DNA of 64,000 nucleotides from Saprolegnia diclina VS20. Taxonomy: Eukaryota. Of this stretch, positions 25,170 through 35,885 are shown piece after piece. A program made the position numbers and the translations under genes. The stretch lies in NCBI RefSeq assembly GCF_000281045.1, contig NW_008246078.1, positions 780,351 to 844,350 on the forward strand. Reading direction: 5' to 3'. Position 1 is the stretch's first letter; each line of letters starts with the position of its first letter. The notes below the pieces were generated by a model that had not been told where the DNA came from, did no database searches, and saw nothing but the letters and a program-made list of their open reading frames with translations.

Positions 25170-25184
25170 TCACTTTCCATTTTC
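25170..25184 (+). promoter_or_regulatory. INR/FPR-like core promoter of RACK1
   Basis: TCACTTTCCATTTTC ends 13 nt before the ATG. Confidence 0.55.
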
Positions 25185-25197
25185 CTAGTAGTGCATT

Positions 25198-26157
25198 ATG
25201 GCTGAACAATTGACGCTCCGCGGTACGCTCGCCGGTCACGGCAAGGCCTGGGTGACGGCCATCGCCACGTCGCGCGAGAACCCCTCGATGATCGTGACGG
25301 CGTCGCGCGACAAATCGATCCTTGTGTGGCAGCTCACGGGCGACTCGTCGGACCTCGAGAACTACGGCTTTGCCCGCCGCCGCCTCCAGGGCCACTCGCA
25401 CTTCGTCGAGGACGTTGTCATCTCGTCGGACGGCCAGTTCGCGCTCTCGGGCTCGTGGGACGGCACGCTCCGCCTCTGGGACTTGAACACGGGCATCACG
25501 ACGCGCCGCTTTGTCGGCCACTCGAAGGACGTGCTCTCGGTGGCGTTCTCGGCCGACAACCGCCAGATTGTGTCGGGGTCGCGCGATCGCTCGATCAAGC
25601 TCTGGAACACGCTCGGTGAGTGCAAGTACACGATCACGGAGGAGGGCCACACCGAGTGGGTCTCGTGCGTGCGCTTCTCGCCCTCGTCGGCCAACCCGCT
25701 CATCGTCTCGTGCGGCTGGGACCGCCTCGTGAAGGTCTGGAACTTGACCAACTGCAAGCTCCGCACCAACCTCTGCGGCCACACTGGCTACCTCAACACG
25801 GTCACGGTCTCGCCCGATGGGTCGCTCTGCGCCTCGGGTGGCAAGGACGGCGTCGCCATGCTCTGGGACTTGAACGAAGGCAAGCGCCTCTACACGCTCG
25901 AGGCCGGCGACATCATCCACGCCCTCGTCTTCTCGCCCAACCGCTACTGGCTCTGCGCCGCCACGTCGTCGGGCATCAAGATCTGGGACCTCGAGTCCAA
26001 GGTCGTCGTCGACGAGATCGTGCCCGAGTTCGAGGCCGTCGGCAAGAAGTCGCTCCCGCCGCACTGCGTCTCGCTCTGCTGGTCGGCCGACGGTGCCTCG
26101 CTCTTCGCTGGTTACACCGACGGTATCGTCCGCGTCTACGCCGTCGGCTCGAACTAA
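25198..26157 (+). CDS. RACK1: Receptor for activated C kinase 1 (7-WD40 ribosomal protein), intronless
   Basis: [57 protein letters not shown]. Confidence 0.98.
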   Translation: MAEQLTLRGTLAGHGKAWVTAIATSRENPSMIVTASRDKSILVWQLTGDSSDLENYGFARRRLQGHSHFVEDVVISSDGQFALSGSWDGTLRLWDLNTGITTRRFVGHSKDVLSVAFSADNRQIVSGSRDRSIKLWNTLGECKYTITEEGHTEWVSCVRFSPSSANPLIVSCGWDRLVKVWNLTNCKLRTNLCGHTGYLNTVTVSPDGSLCASGGKDGVAMLWDLNEGKRLYTLEAGDIIHALVFSPNRYWLCAATSSGIKIWDLESKVVVDEIVPEFEAVGKKSLPPHCVSLCWSADGASLFAGYTDGIVRVYAVGSN

Positions 26158-27036
26158 ATGGTTCACACCGGCACGGCTCTGGCTGCATGGACCCCGGCGC
26201 CGCTTTTCGCGATAACGAGTAGATGCAGCCATGTAAACGCAACCCCCTAATGCAACTCACTACTAGCATTCACAATTGTCTCGTGTTGCTGTCGAAGCCC
26301 TTCCTGGGCATTGAAACGTGTAGCTTTGCAGTGGATGGAGGTGGCCAGGTTATGGAGCCAACAGGATCTGGATACTGCGACTCATTCGCCAGCTGCGCCG
26401 TGTCGGCAGAGTACGTCGCCGGGCCAGTTCACATTTCCTGAATCAGTGCATGTCACGACGACGCGTCAATGAGCAGGTTCAAAGTCGGAACTGCACCTCC
26501 AGCACGCACAGGTGCAAGGCGCCGTTTGCCGCCCGGCGGACGACTACGACATGCCAGCCCACCCAGCCAGGGCGTTGGTGTTGGGCTAGACATGCATGAG
26601 CTAACGAGCATGTTCCAAGGTTGTCATTGCACGTCGCCTCGCAGTTGACTCGCTCACACCGCAGCGACGGACAACGGGCGGGTGACATGCCGGCTCATCA
26701 TAGCTTTAGCGTCCACAACGACGGGCCCTATCGCGGCCGTGCACTCGCTCCGTCGCATCTCGTCTACGGCGCGGCCTCTCGCCTAGGTTTCGCTGCTCCG
26801 TCACATGGCCCATAGCGGAATGCGACGCTGGTCGCTAGTCCTTGGGGTTGCCAATGGGCGGCGCTCGTTCTGTGGCGCCAGGGCCATGGGCGAGTGCAAC
26901 AAGAAACGAGTAGACATGGCAGGCGAGGGAAAAGATCAGTGTCGTATATTACGCGCAATGCGCGATCGTACCGACAGCAACGAGAGATCGTCTTGAAGCG
27001 CAAGACGCCAGCGTCGAAGGAATGGGGCGAACTCAT

Positions 27037-27198
27037 TTACTTGATCTTCTTCTTGATGCGGAGCTGGTTCGAGTGCCCGCACTTCTTCTTGCGGCAGTTG
27101 GTGGCACGCGGCGGGAGGCGCGCGTAGCACACACGGCAGATCTGCTTTTCGCAGTTGGTCTTCTTGGCCAAAGCGGCAAGGGTGGGTTCAATAGCCAT
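27037..27198 (-). CDS. RPL40: 60S ribosomal protein L40 (eL40), stand-alone without a ubiquitin moiety
   Basis: [53 protein letters not shown] (53 aa, below the ORF-track cutoff). Probable 5'-UTR intron at 27209-27258. Confidence 0.95.
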   Translation of the reverse strand: MAIEPTLAALAKKTNCEKQICRVCYARLPPRATNCRKKKCGHSNQLRIKKKIK

Positions 27199-27661
27199 CT
27201 TGGAGTCTCTACTTGGCCTCGTGCATGAGCCTCACCTCCATGGACACGTCGATGTTACCTGTTGGATAGTAGATTTCCCTCTGACTGCCACCAGCCAACC
27301 GGCCTCTTCCTCTTCAAGCAACATCCAACCAATTTGCACAACATACAAAGCACCAATCAGTGCGTTCCCTCTCGGCACTGAACTGGCCGCTCAATCCCTC
27401 TTTCAAGTGAACATTCACACTATTTCACACAAATGCGACCTAGATACTGTGGATGCGACCGAGCAATTGAACCGAGATAAGCCGCCGTATTGTCAGAGAG
27501 CAGCCACTTTCACGCTTGCGAGCGGTTGGAAGAGCCATGTACATGCATGCTACGTTGCGGCGGCGGTCGTCGCAGTGCGATGTCGATGCCAAGCGCGGTG
27601 GCGCTCGGGATGGAAAATGGTAGGCGGCTCCTTCATCACTGAGGCCTGCTGGACGACGTGG

Positions 27662-27711
27662 CATCGCACAGTGAGCCACATCGCACAGTGAGCCACATCG
27701 CACAGTGAGCC
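27662..27711. repeat. 17-bp tandem repeat x3
   Basis: (CATCGCACAGTGAGCCA) x~3. Confidence 0.9.
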
Positions 27712-28141
27712 TAGTGCGAAGCTTGGATGGGGCTAAGCTCGTGCAGGTTACCCGTAGCTGAAGGTTGGCGCCTTTCTGCTCGGCGGCGTTGATGTCGGCG
27801 ACGTATAGAGTGCGCAAGTAGCCGAAGGTACACGCGCCGTGCCTGTAATACCGGCGATAGCAGCAGTGTCGATCGACCGCGTGTACTCTACTCTGGGTAT
27901 TGCTCGTGGTGGCAGCGACGACGACGTCGCTCGAAACTGCATTCGATGGGCTTCGTGGTGGCCCCGGCGTTTGGTCGGAAATAGTGTGCGGATCTCGGGG
28001 CGTCACGATAACTGCATTGTATTTTACTATAAAAATACACGCAATAACCAAACTATGTATCGCGTTTTATGACGAAAGATGGAATAATAATATTCTGCGC
28101 AACCCGCGACCGAGCAGCAGCACGAGTCGGAAAGCTGCGAG

Positions 28142-28531
28142 ATGGCCGCCAAGAAGCCGTTCCTGTCGCTCGGGTACTTTGTCAACCGGAGCCAAGTGCT
28201 CAAGCAGTACCGGCTCTACCTGCGCGAGATCGCGCCCTTGGCCCCGCCCGCGCGCAACGATCTGCGCAAGACCATCCGCGCCAAGTTCGAAGAGCCCATC
28301 GACGTCACGGACGAGCGCCTCGTCAAGCAAGCGATCGCGTACGGCAACTCGCAGCTACAGCACGTCCGCGAGCTCGTCAACTCGGTCGGCCCGGTAAAGC
28401 CGCATGTCGACGCGTCGGCCAAGGCCACGTGGGTCGACACGCCCAGCGCCAATAGCTCCGATGACGACGATGGTGCCATGGAAGACGTGCGCGGCCGCGT
28501 GGGCACCAAATGGCCGTGGCAGCGCAGCTAG
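28142..28531 (+). CDS. LYR-motif mitochondrial protein (LYRM2-like)
   Basis: FLSLGYFVNRSQVLKQYRLYLREI...IRAKFE. Confidence 0.75.
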   Translation: MAAKKPFLSLGYFVNRSQVLKQYRLYLREIAPLAPPARNDLRKTIRAKFEEPIDVTDERLVKQAIAYGNSQLQHVRELVNSVGPVKPHVDASAKATWVDTPSANSSDDDDGAMEDVRGRVGTKWPWQRS

Positions 28532-28733
28532 CAACGATTGCATCGATCCTAAATATGATAGTCTCTTCGTCGTTGTCGTCCTTTCGCCTGCGACTTCCAT
28601 GCGTCGGAGATGGCGGCGGCCATGCTGGCAGGTGGCGCGTAGGGCTCAGGTAGACAGCCTGGCATACGCTACCTGTCGAGAGCAGGCAAAGAGGACACAT
28701 GTACAACGAAGAAGGAGCATGTTGTCGATGGCG

Positions 28734-29270
28734 CTAAAACATGTCGGCCGAAATGACGCCTAAATAGTTGTCCTTGATCGTGCCAATGGCGTTGATCTCC
28801 GTCACGTCGATGCTGACGCCCATGATCTTGAGGCGGACGCCGACGCCCTTGCGGATCTCAACCTCGCGATCCTGCGATATCCACGCGCTGTTTTCGTGGT
28901 CGTAGCCTTCCGTCAAGTCGGTCGACATGGCGTGGCGACTCACAAAGACCTGGAGCGGCCCGACCTCGGCGAAAAAGCCGAGCGGGTTCACGACCGTCAC
29001 GACCGCGTCCAGCACCTCGTTCTTGAACGGGCGGAAGAGGATCGCGCGGTACGCAATGTCAAAGCACACAAAGCCCGAGTTGTCCTGGATGACGCCCTGG
29101 CCAATGTCCTCGTCGCGGACCTCCGTGACCGCGATGACGTAGCCGTACTTGCCGAGGGACGTGCCCTCGACCTCTTCGATGAGGCGCAGGCGGATGATGT
29201 CATGGAGCTTCGGGCCAAAGTGCATCGGGTGCAGGAGGAGCTCCCGGCGGAGCTGCTTGAGGAAGAACAT
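28734..29270 (-). CDS. RPB7: RNA polymerase II subunit RPB7, intronless
   Basis: MFFLKQLRRELLLHPMHFGP, EVEGT, FRPFKNEVLDAVV, GFFAEVGPLQVFVS, AIGTIKDNYLG. Confidence 0.97.
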   Translation of the reverse strand: MFFLKQLRRELLLHPMHFGPKLHDIIRLRLIEEVEGTSLGKYGYVIAVTEVRDEDIGQGVIQDNSGFVCFDIAYRAILFRPFKNEVLDAVVTVVNPLGFFAEVGPLQVFVSRHAMSTDLTEGYDHENSAWISQDREVEIRKGVGVRLKIMGVSIDVTEINAIGTIKDNYLGVISADMF

Positions 29271-30310
29271 GGTGCAAGCAGTCGGATGGAAGCCGCAGGT
29301 TTGCCACTGCCAGCCCACTACCGATTGGCCTATATCGCTGGCTTTTTCCGCCAATCCCATGGCGTCTTCTTAAGTTTGGCATGTGCCGCAAACAGTACGG
29401 AACCTCCAAAAAGTTGGACTGATCACAATGCCATCAATCAAGGGCAACAACGGAATTGTAGGGCCGCGCACCCGACCCATGGGTGACGAATAACGTTAGC
29501 AAACGTCTAGAATGACGCATCTAATATACTCTCTTGCGAATAGCTAGTATGTCCCCTTCCCCGACCAGACAATAGGTTCTCAAAGAGAGTGAAAGTGAGA
29601 GGTGTTCAAACACTGCATTTTGAAATAAGTTCTAATAGTATTCATACCTGGTGCTTGGGCTCAACCCCATGCGCGTCTGACCAATCACTCGGATGCTAGA
29701 ATGGACTGTGCTGCAATGCGTGCCCAGAAGTACCCAGAGCAATGGGACACGTGATCGACGACGGTCGGACTCGACCTCAATGACTGCAGAGACTCGAGGT
29801 TCCCGCTGGCGAGGAGCTCCCGGACGGTTCTTTGTGCTGCGCTTGCCTCGTCCTAGCCATGTCTATAGCATGCAGTGGTTATTGCCAAAGCGAAATGCGG
29901 AGTGAACCTCGCTATGCGCGAACCAGAGAGATGTGTAATTCTCAAGGAACCGCAATGATGGTCCTCGACGAGCACATTTGTCGGAATGTCGGTCGCCCAC
30001 CTTCCTTCTCATTCTTTGGAGGTACCGACGTCGCTGCTGCAAAGCGCGCTCGGCCTACACGCCTACCATACTATTCTACATGCACTGAAGTACTTGGCTC
30101 GGTGTCTTGGTCCTACATTGGCCATGGCGCGAAGGACGCGGCGCAAGCGGGTGGTAGGCGGACGCGTGCCCTGCCGCAATTCCTCTCGAGGATTGGCTAA
30201 AATTCACGACGCTAGCCAATCCCGTGTCGGCAAATTAAATGCGGCAGATGCCAAACTTACCACCAGACCGGCGTGGTCTGAAATTGTGTGCAAATTACAA
30301 GCCAGGCAGC

Positions 30311-32059
30311 ATGGCGTCGTCGCCCGGGCTCCTCCGCTTCGATGCGACCGCGATCTTTCGGCACACGTACCAGCGCAACAACAAGAAGGGCGGGCAGAAG
30401 AACCTGCGCTGCTTTCCCAACTGCTGCAACGGGCTGCACGCGGCCACGGGCTTTTGCGGCGGGCCCGTCGCCGTGCACCTCGACGCACCGGATGCGACCA
30501 AGTCGTACCTTCTCCTCGCCGAGTTTGTACCGCTCTTCAAGGGTGCGCCGCAGAGTACGCTCTCGATCGGCAACATGTACGCTCTCGAGACGCTCCGCGC
30601 GCAGGCCAACAAGGACATGGACCCGCTGTTGCCATATTTTGCCGGCCACAACATGCAGACGTCGTCGTACTACTTTAACCCGGCCAAGAAGGGCTGGCAC
30701 TATGGTTGGATGAGCAACAAGCACTCGTCGGACCGCGAGCACGTGCTCTGCGTCCACGTGCTCGAAGAGGTCAGCGACTCGTTTGGGCAGTGCTTGGACT
30801 CGCTGTCGTCGCCGCCGTTCACAGTCCATTGCCGCCGCCGCTCCAAGACCGACTCGCCTGTCGCGCCGACTGTTGCTCTTGCCAAGAAGCGGCCACACTC
30901 GCCGTCGTCGTCGGTGACCGCGCCGTCGTCGCCGTCGTCGGACGAAGACGCGGGCCGCACCAAGCGGCAAATGCTAGCGCCGGCCTCGACAGTATTGGAC
31001 TGGAAGGACGACGACGACTCGCTCTGCATCGATGCACTCTTCCAAAGCGAAGTGCTCGACTTGATCACGAACAGCACGTACGACTTTGGCATCCCTGCGC
31101 CGCCGTCAACCGAGGCCACGCTCTGGGACACCCTCATGGACGACGACGAAGCCGAGCTGCTGGACGTGCTGCTGCCGACGCCGTCCGCGCCGTCAATGAC
31201 AGACGTGCCCCGGTATCAAACCTACTTTACGCCGCAGCGCAACGCGGCGCCGGTCGCTGGCCGCAAGCGACCGCCTCGCATTCCGGTGGACCTCAAGTAT
31301 CCCAACGGCCCACCGCCGGTGAGCACGCCCGCGACGATCACAGTGGCGCCCGACGCACCAACAGTTGTGCCCATGCCAACGTACCGCCGCCACGAGCACG
31401 ACGACCACCGTCGCCGGAGCCGGAGCCACAGCGGCCACTGCGACGACGCCCCACCGGTCGCCAAGTCGTGCGGGCTTCTCTGGAGCATCATTCAGCTTGC
31501 GTTCTGCCTGACCATGTTTGTGCACTTCGTCGGACACATCTTCTTTCCAACGTACAACGCGTACTCGTCAGCGGCCACCAACAACGGGCTTGGGAGCTCC
31601 GAGAAGGATCGACTCACGCCGTTTCTCGTCGACTGCCCGCCGCCGTCCATGACGTGCGTCCGCGACGGCTTTGGGCTCCAAGAACTCGCGTCCTGCGTGC
31701 ACCACATCGCCGACCGGTGCGCGACCGAGGCGACGGCCGAGATCACCATGTACAGTATCGACGGCAACACGACGCAGCTCGCGTGCGATGGCATGACGGC
31801 CTGCGCGTCCCAACTGCTTGCGTTTTTGTCGTCGGCGCCGGCACCGATGGGGGCGGCGGAGCTCGAGCACCACAAGGAGCACTACCGGCGCGAGCACGAG
31901 CAGCAAGTGGAACTCGGCATGCAGTACAAGTTTATCCTTTTCATGGCCATGTGCACGCTCATCTCGTTCCTTGCGCTGCAGCGGTCGTTCCAGAAATGCC
32001 TCAAGAAATGCAAATGGTTCCGCCACCGCCGTCTCCACCCGGATGAGCACATTGCCTAG
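30311..32059 (+). CDS. Hypothetical protein: N-terminal globular domain, NLS-like/acidic/Pro-rich middle, two TM helices; intronless
   Basis: 582-aa ORF with gene-like codon usage; hydrophobic LLWSIIQLAFCLTMFVHFVGHIFF and FILFMAMCTLISFLAL. Confidence 0.8.
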   Translation: MASSPGLLRFDATAIFRHTYQRNNKKGGQKNLRCFPNCCNGLHAATGFCGGPVAVHLDAPDATKSYLLLAEFVPLFKGAPQSTLSIGNMYALETLRAQANKDMDPLLPYFAGHNMQTSSYYFNPAKKGWHYGWMSNKHSSDREHVLCVHVLEEVSDSFGQCLDSLSSPPFTVHCRRRSKTDSPVAPTVALAKKRPHSPSSSVTAPSSPSSDEDAGRTKRQMLAPASTVLDWKDDDDSLCIDALFQSEVLDLITNSTYDFGIPAPPSTEATLWDTLMDDDEAELLDVLLPTPSAPSMTDVPRYQTYFTPQRNAAPVAGRKRPPRIPVDLKYPNGPPPVSTPATITVAPDAPTVVPMPTYRRHEHDDHRRRSRSHSGHCDDAPPVAKSCGLLWSIIQLAFCLTMFVHFVGHIFFPTYNAYSSAATNNGLGSSEKDRLTPFLVDCPPPSMTCVRDGFGLQELASCVHHIADRCATEATAEITMYSIDGNTTQLACDGMTACASQLLAFLSSAPAPMGAAELEHHKEHYRREHEQQVELGMQYKFILFMAMCTLISFLALQRSFQKCLKKCKWFRHRRLHPDEHIA

Positions 32060-32557
32060 TCGTGCGTTCGTTATTAGTTATTAATCGTCGTTGCTAGTTT
32101 ATTTTTTGCTATTTTTTGCAGTTTGTCACCATGACGTGGCAGCGTGCAACGACAGCAGTAAGCAGGTGATCAACCAAGGCCGATGGAGGAGAGGCCCCGA
32201 TGACGTGGCTTACCTGATGTGGAAACTGGCGCCGGGTTCGATCCTGCGGTGCCCGCTGCTTGGGCCAATACAATGAGGCGCATCAACGCGTCCTCTGCAG
32301 AGAGTGTTGTGCTGCCAGTATCAGCGCCGATACTAACTGTATGGCTCTTGCGCTGGTTTCTCGATACTAGTATGCACGATTCCAAGGGTCTATACACTGA
32401 TGATAGACGCTTTTGGACTATGCAAGCCCAGCTGTGACAGGACAACAAACTCTGTACAGCGACATGACGAAAGAACGTCATGCTGCGATGACGTCGACAC
32501 AACCAGCGACACAACCCGCAATCGACGTCTCGACATCCGCCGCGTCATTCGTCAAAT

Positions 32558-33031
32558 ATGCTTGCAACCGAGACCGTCCTCTATGCCGTGGGAGCGATGA
32601 TGCTTCTCACGTTTCCGGCGCCATACCTGCTTGCCTCTCTCTACACGCTCTGCACCGGCATGGACGTCATCTCGCGCGTCGCATGGAAGGACGACGTTCA
32701 CGCCGAATCCACCAACGCGCTCGCAACGCTCCAAGCGTCGATGGCCCACCACTTGGCGCGCAGCTGGTCGAGCTACAACTACCTTCTCTTGCTCTGCGCG
32801 AGCTGGTATATCCTCGCGGTTCTCTTGGTCGTTGACCTCCCAGCGCCAGTCGAGATTGGCGTCTTGGTCCTCGGTGCGCCGCTCGCCTGCAACAGCGCCT
32901 ACCACAGCTTCGTACGTCGACAGATTGAGCTCGAAAAAATGCAGTGGGCTGTCGTGCGCAACGCGATGGCCAAAGGCGAGTTGGCAGCGCAGACGGTGCT
33001 GAACGATATGACAAAGCCCAAGACCACGTAA
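32558..33031 (+). CDS. Small hypothetical membrane protein
   Basis: 157-aa ATG-started ORF with GC3 bias and about three hydrophobic segments. Confidence 0.6.
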   Translation: MLATETVLYAVGAMMLLTFPAPYLLASLYTLCTGMDVISRVAWKDDVHAESTNALATLQASMAHHLARSWSSYNYLLLLCASWYILAVLLVVDLPAPVEIGVLVLGAPLACNSAYHSFVRRQIELEKMQWAVVRNAMAKGELAAQTVLNDMTKPKTT

Positions 33032-33659
33032 CATAATTGGGGACTCAACCATAAGACCGATAAGAAACAAACGTGTTGCACTCGACGAGTCCTTGCCCGC
33101 GAGCAGGACAAGCCATGAGCGCGGGTGCCTCTCACGTTCCAGGTCGCATTGATGTGGACGACTTGGTACGCATAGACAATGCTAATCTATCGCAAATGGT
33201 GTGCAATCTCTCGACAAGCCATTGGCTCGTTTATAGCCTTTTCTTACGCCCTTCACGCCCTGTCAAGCCATTCTACCACCACTACCATGTCTACATCAAC
33301 GCCATGTCGAACGAAGATCTGGACGACGGTACGCACCGGTAGTAGCTTCCTACGGCTGCTTGCTCAGAGTCGCATGGCATCTGCCGGTGACGACGCTATT
33401 TCTTGCGTCTTTTGTCGCTTGGCCGAAATGCCGATCGCTGTAGACTGAAGCGAACAACTTGTACATTTGAGAATTGAAAACTGAATCTCAATGGACGTCT
33501 GGCGCAACTGAATATCTCGACACACTCTGGCGCAACATCGAGCCAGATTGTAATCCGACTAGATCCATTTGTTTTCCACAATCTGACAAACCGCAACTTG
33601 AACAACCTCCTGAAAAATGCGACTTTGCACTTCATTTTCCAACTATCAGCAGGACCGCC

Positions 33660-35573
33660 ATGGCGTCCGTCCTGCGAAACAAGAGCCTCGTGTCCTTCAT
33701 GCTGCGCTTCCAGCACGGACTGCCGCATGCGACGCAAAGCTTTCACGCGCTTGCCACCGACGTCGGTGTGCACCCTATGCTGTGCGACGACCCGGAACTG
33801 CCCGCCGCCTTCTTGACCAACCTTCCCGCCTCGTCTCTCGCGACCGAGTACATGCAGCGGTACCTTGCCGCTTCGCCAGAGTGCCAGGATGCCATCCCTA
33901 GCTCGTGGCTCTTCCTCGACGACCAACTGTCGGCGCTGCCGCTGCACCTCGCGATCCTTGGCGGCCACGTAGCACACGTCCGGCACTACTTGGCCTTTGC
34001 GCCGCACTGGGTCACGCCCGGTGCGCTCACGCTCGCTGCCGCCTGCGGCCACCTCTCGTTGCTGCAGCTTTTGGCGACGCACCTTCCCATACCGTCTGCA
34101 GCCATGGACCTGGCTGCGACCAACGGTTTTCTCGACATCGTACGAGACTGCCATGCCGCCGGCGTGGTTGAGACGCAGCAAGCCATCGACGGTGCATCAG
34201 CCAACGGCCACGTCGACGTCGTCACGTTCTTGCACCAACAGTGCGGCGCCGTTTGCAGCCGTGACGCGCTCCTGGCTGCCATTGCCCACGTGCATGTGGA
34301 CGTCGTGCTCTACCTCGTCACATCGGCTCGCCTTGACATCAGTACTACCATCGAGCCTTGGAATGAGCTGTGGGACGGGGCAGCGTATCGGTCGGCGGCG
34401 CCGGGCGATCCATTGTCGATGCTCCAGCTGCTTTGCGACCACGGCGTTGAGGACATCTCGGAGAACTTGGTGACCGCAGCCATTGAGCGCCACGGCCGCA
34501 CTGCGCTCCAGTTCATTTTGGACAAGACGATGCTGGACATGGCCACACCGAGTTTGCTGCACACGGTCATTCGCCTCCGAGACAAGGACTGCATTGCGCT
34601 CGTGCTACGCGCCGTCGCGGGCGCCAACGACCAATCTCTGACTCACCCGAGTCTCTTGTGGACGATGGAGGACGCGCCGCCGTCGACGCCATGGCAGCCG
34701 ACCGGTGATTGGTCGCCGATGCCGTGGCGCGACAGTGCGATGGACGTGGCGGCTCGCGTCGGCGACCTGTCGACGTTGCAGCTGCTCCAGAATCTGGGTC
34801 TCGACCTCTGCACGACGCGCGCCATGGACAACGCGTGCGCTCACGGCCACTTGGAGATTGCGCAATGGCTACAGGCGCACCGCACAGAAGGTGGCACCGC
34901 AAACGCGCTGACACAGGCCGCGGCGAACGGTCATGTGTCGGTTGTCCGCTGGCTCCTCGACCACCGGCCTCTTGTCGCTGGAATGGACGAGGAAGCATGT
35001 CGTATTTCCGATGCTTGCGTGGTCGCGGCCGCCCGGAACGGACACCTCCAAGTGCTGTTGCTGCTACACGCGGTTCCGTCGACGACAGCAGCCATGGACG
35101 CCGCGGCGAGGGAGGGCCACTTGGACGTGGTGCAGTATTTACAGCTGCACCGGACCGAAGGCTGCTCGGACGACGCGTTCTTCGATGCGCTCAACGGCCA
35201 GCACGACGCTGTCTTTGCGTTTGTGGTCAAAACGTACGGCCACGTCGTCGAGGATCGCGACCGCCTCTACGTGCGCATGGCAAACCTCGGGCGCATCGAC
35301 CTTCTCGAGCTTGTTTTGGCGCATGTGCCCCATGCAACGAGCAAGGTTCTCCAAGAGATGATGCTGCTCCATGCTGCGGCAGCAGGCAACGTAGCCCTGC
35401 TGCAGTGGCTCCACGAAACCAAGCAGTTTGCGTGGACGTCCCATGTGCTTGACACGGCGCGCGACCGCAAGCAGCGCAAGGTCGTCGCGTACTTGACGAC
35501 GTCGGCGGGCCCGGAAGCCATCTCGGCTCTGTCCGACGACCAAGCGCAGTTTGCTTTGCACGTAGATTTGTAA
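33660..35573 (+). CDS. Ankyrin-repeat protein (AMDxAAxxGHL type), intronless
   Basis: Repeated AMDLAATNGFLDIV, AIDGASANGHVDVV, CTTRAMDNACAHGHLEIAQWL, HRTEGC; INR-like TCATTTTCCAACT at 33632. Confidence 0.9.
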   Translation: MASVLRNKSLVSFMLRFQHGLPHATQSFHALATDVGVHPMLCDDPELPAAFLTNLPASSLATEYMQRYLAASPECQDAIPSSWLFLDDQLSALPLHLAILGGHVAHVRHYLAFAPHWVTPGALTLAAACGHLSLLQLLATHLPIPSAAMDLAATNGFLDIVRDCHAAGVVETQQAIDGASANGHVDVVTFLHQQCGAVCSRDALLAAIAHVHVDVVLYLVTSARLDISTTIEPWNELWDGAAYRSAAPGDPLSMLQLLCDHGVEDISENLVTAAIERHGRTALQFILDKTMLDMATPSLLHTVIRLRDKDCIALVLRAVAGANDQSLTHPSLLWTMEDAPPSTPWQPTGDWSPMPWRDSAMDVAARVGDLSTLQLLQNLGLDLCTTRAMDNACAHGHLEIAQWLQAHRTEGGTANALTQAAANGHVSVVRWLLDHRPLVAGMDEEACRISDACVVAAARNGHLQVLLLLHAVPSTTAAMDAAAREGHLDVVQYLQLHRTEGCSDDAFFDALNGQHDAVFAFVVKTYGHVVEDRDRLYVRMANLGRIDLLELVLAHVPHATSKVLQEMMLLHAAAAGNVALLQWLHETKQFAWTSHVLDTARDRKQRKVVAYLTTSAGPEAISALSDDQAQFALHVDL

Positions 35574-35585
35574 GAAAGACTATGT

Positions 35586-35637
35586 ATCAACTTGAAACAT
35601 TTGGAAAGTATCAGCTTGAAGCATTTGGAAAGTATCA
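35586..35637. repeat. 24-bp direct repeat x2
   Basis: TATCAACTTGAAACATTTGGAAAG followed by TATCAGCTTGAAGCATTTGGAAAG. Confidence 0.85.
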
Positions 35638-35885
35638 CACGACTTGACTTACCACTAGACACGCAATTGTTAAGAGTTCGTTGAAGACTTCACGCTTTGC
35701 GTTGATCAGCCATTGTGCGTCAACGCCGACAAGGAGTCGTATCTCGAGTCTCAACACCTTTACATTTCATTTAGTGGGCTCCTGCAAGTGACGTATTCAC
35801 GAGCAACGCAGTTTCATCGAATGCATGCGAGTGAACTCGTTATTAACAACCTGACGACAAGTTTGCCTCGAGGTATAAAGGAGTC

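Noticed and set aside
25132..26232. 366-aa ORF antisense to RACK1 (similar cases at 11730-12752, 18532-19545, 56058-56834)
   Set aside because: Shadow ORFs produced by high GC3 codon bias on the coding strand; no independent domain signal.
27662..27711. Possible CRISPR-like array
   Set aside because: Contiguous tandem units with no spacers and no cas genes, in a eukaryotic context.
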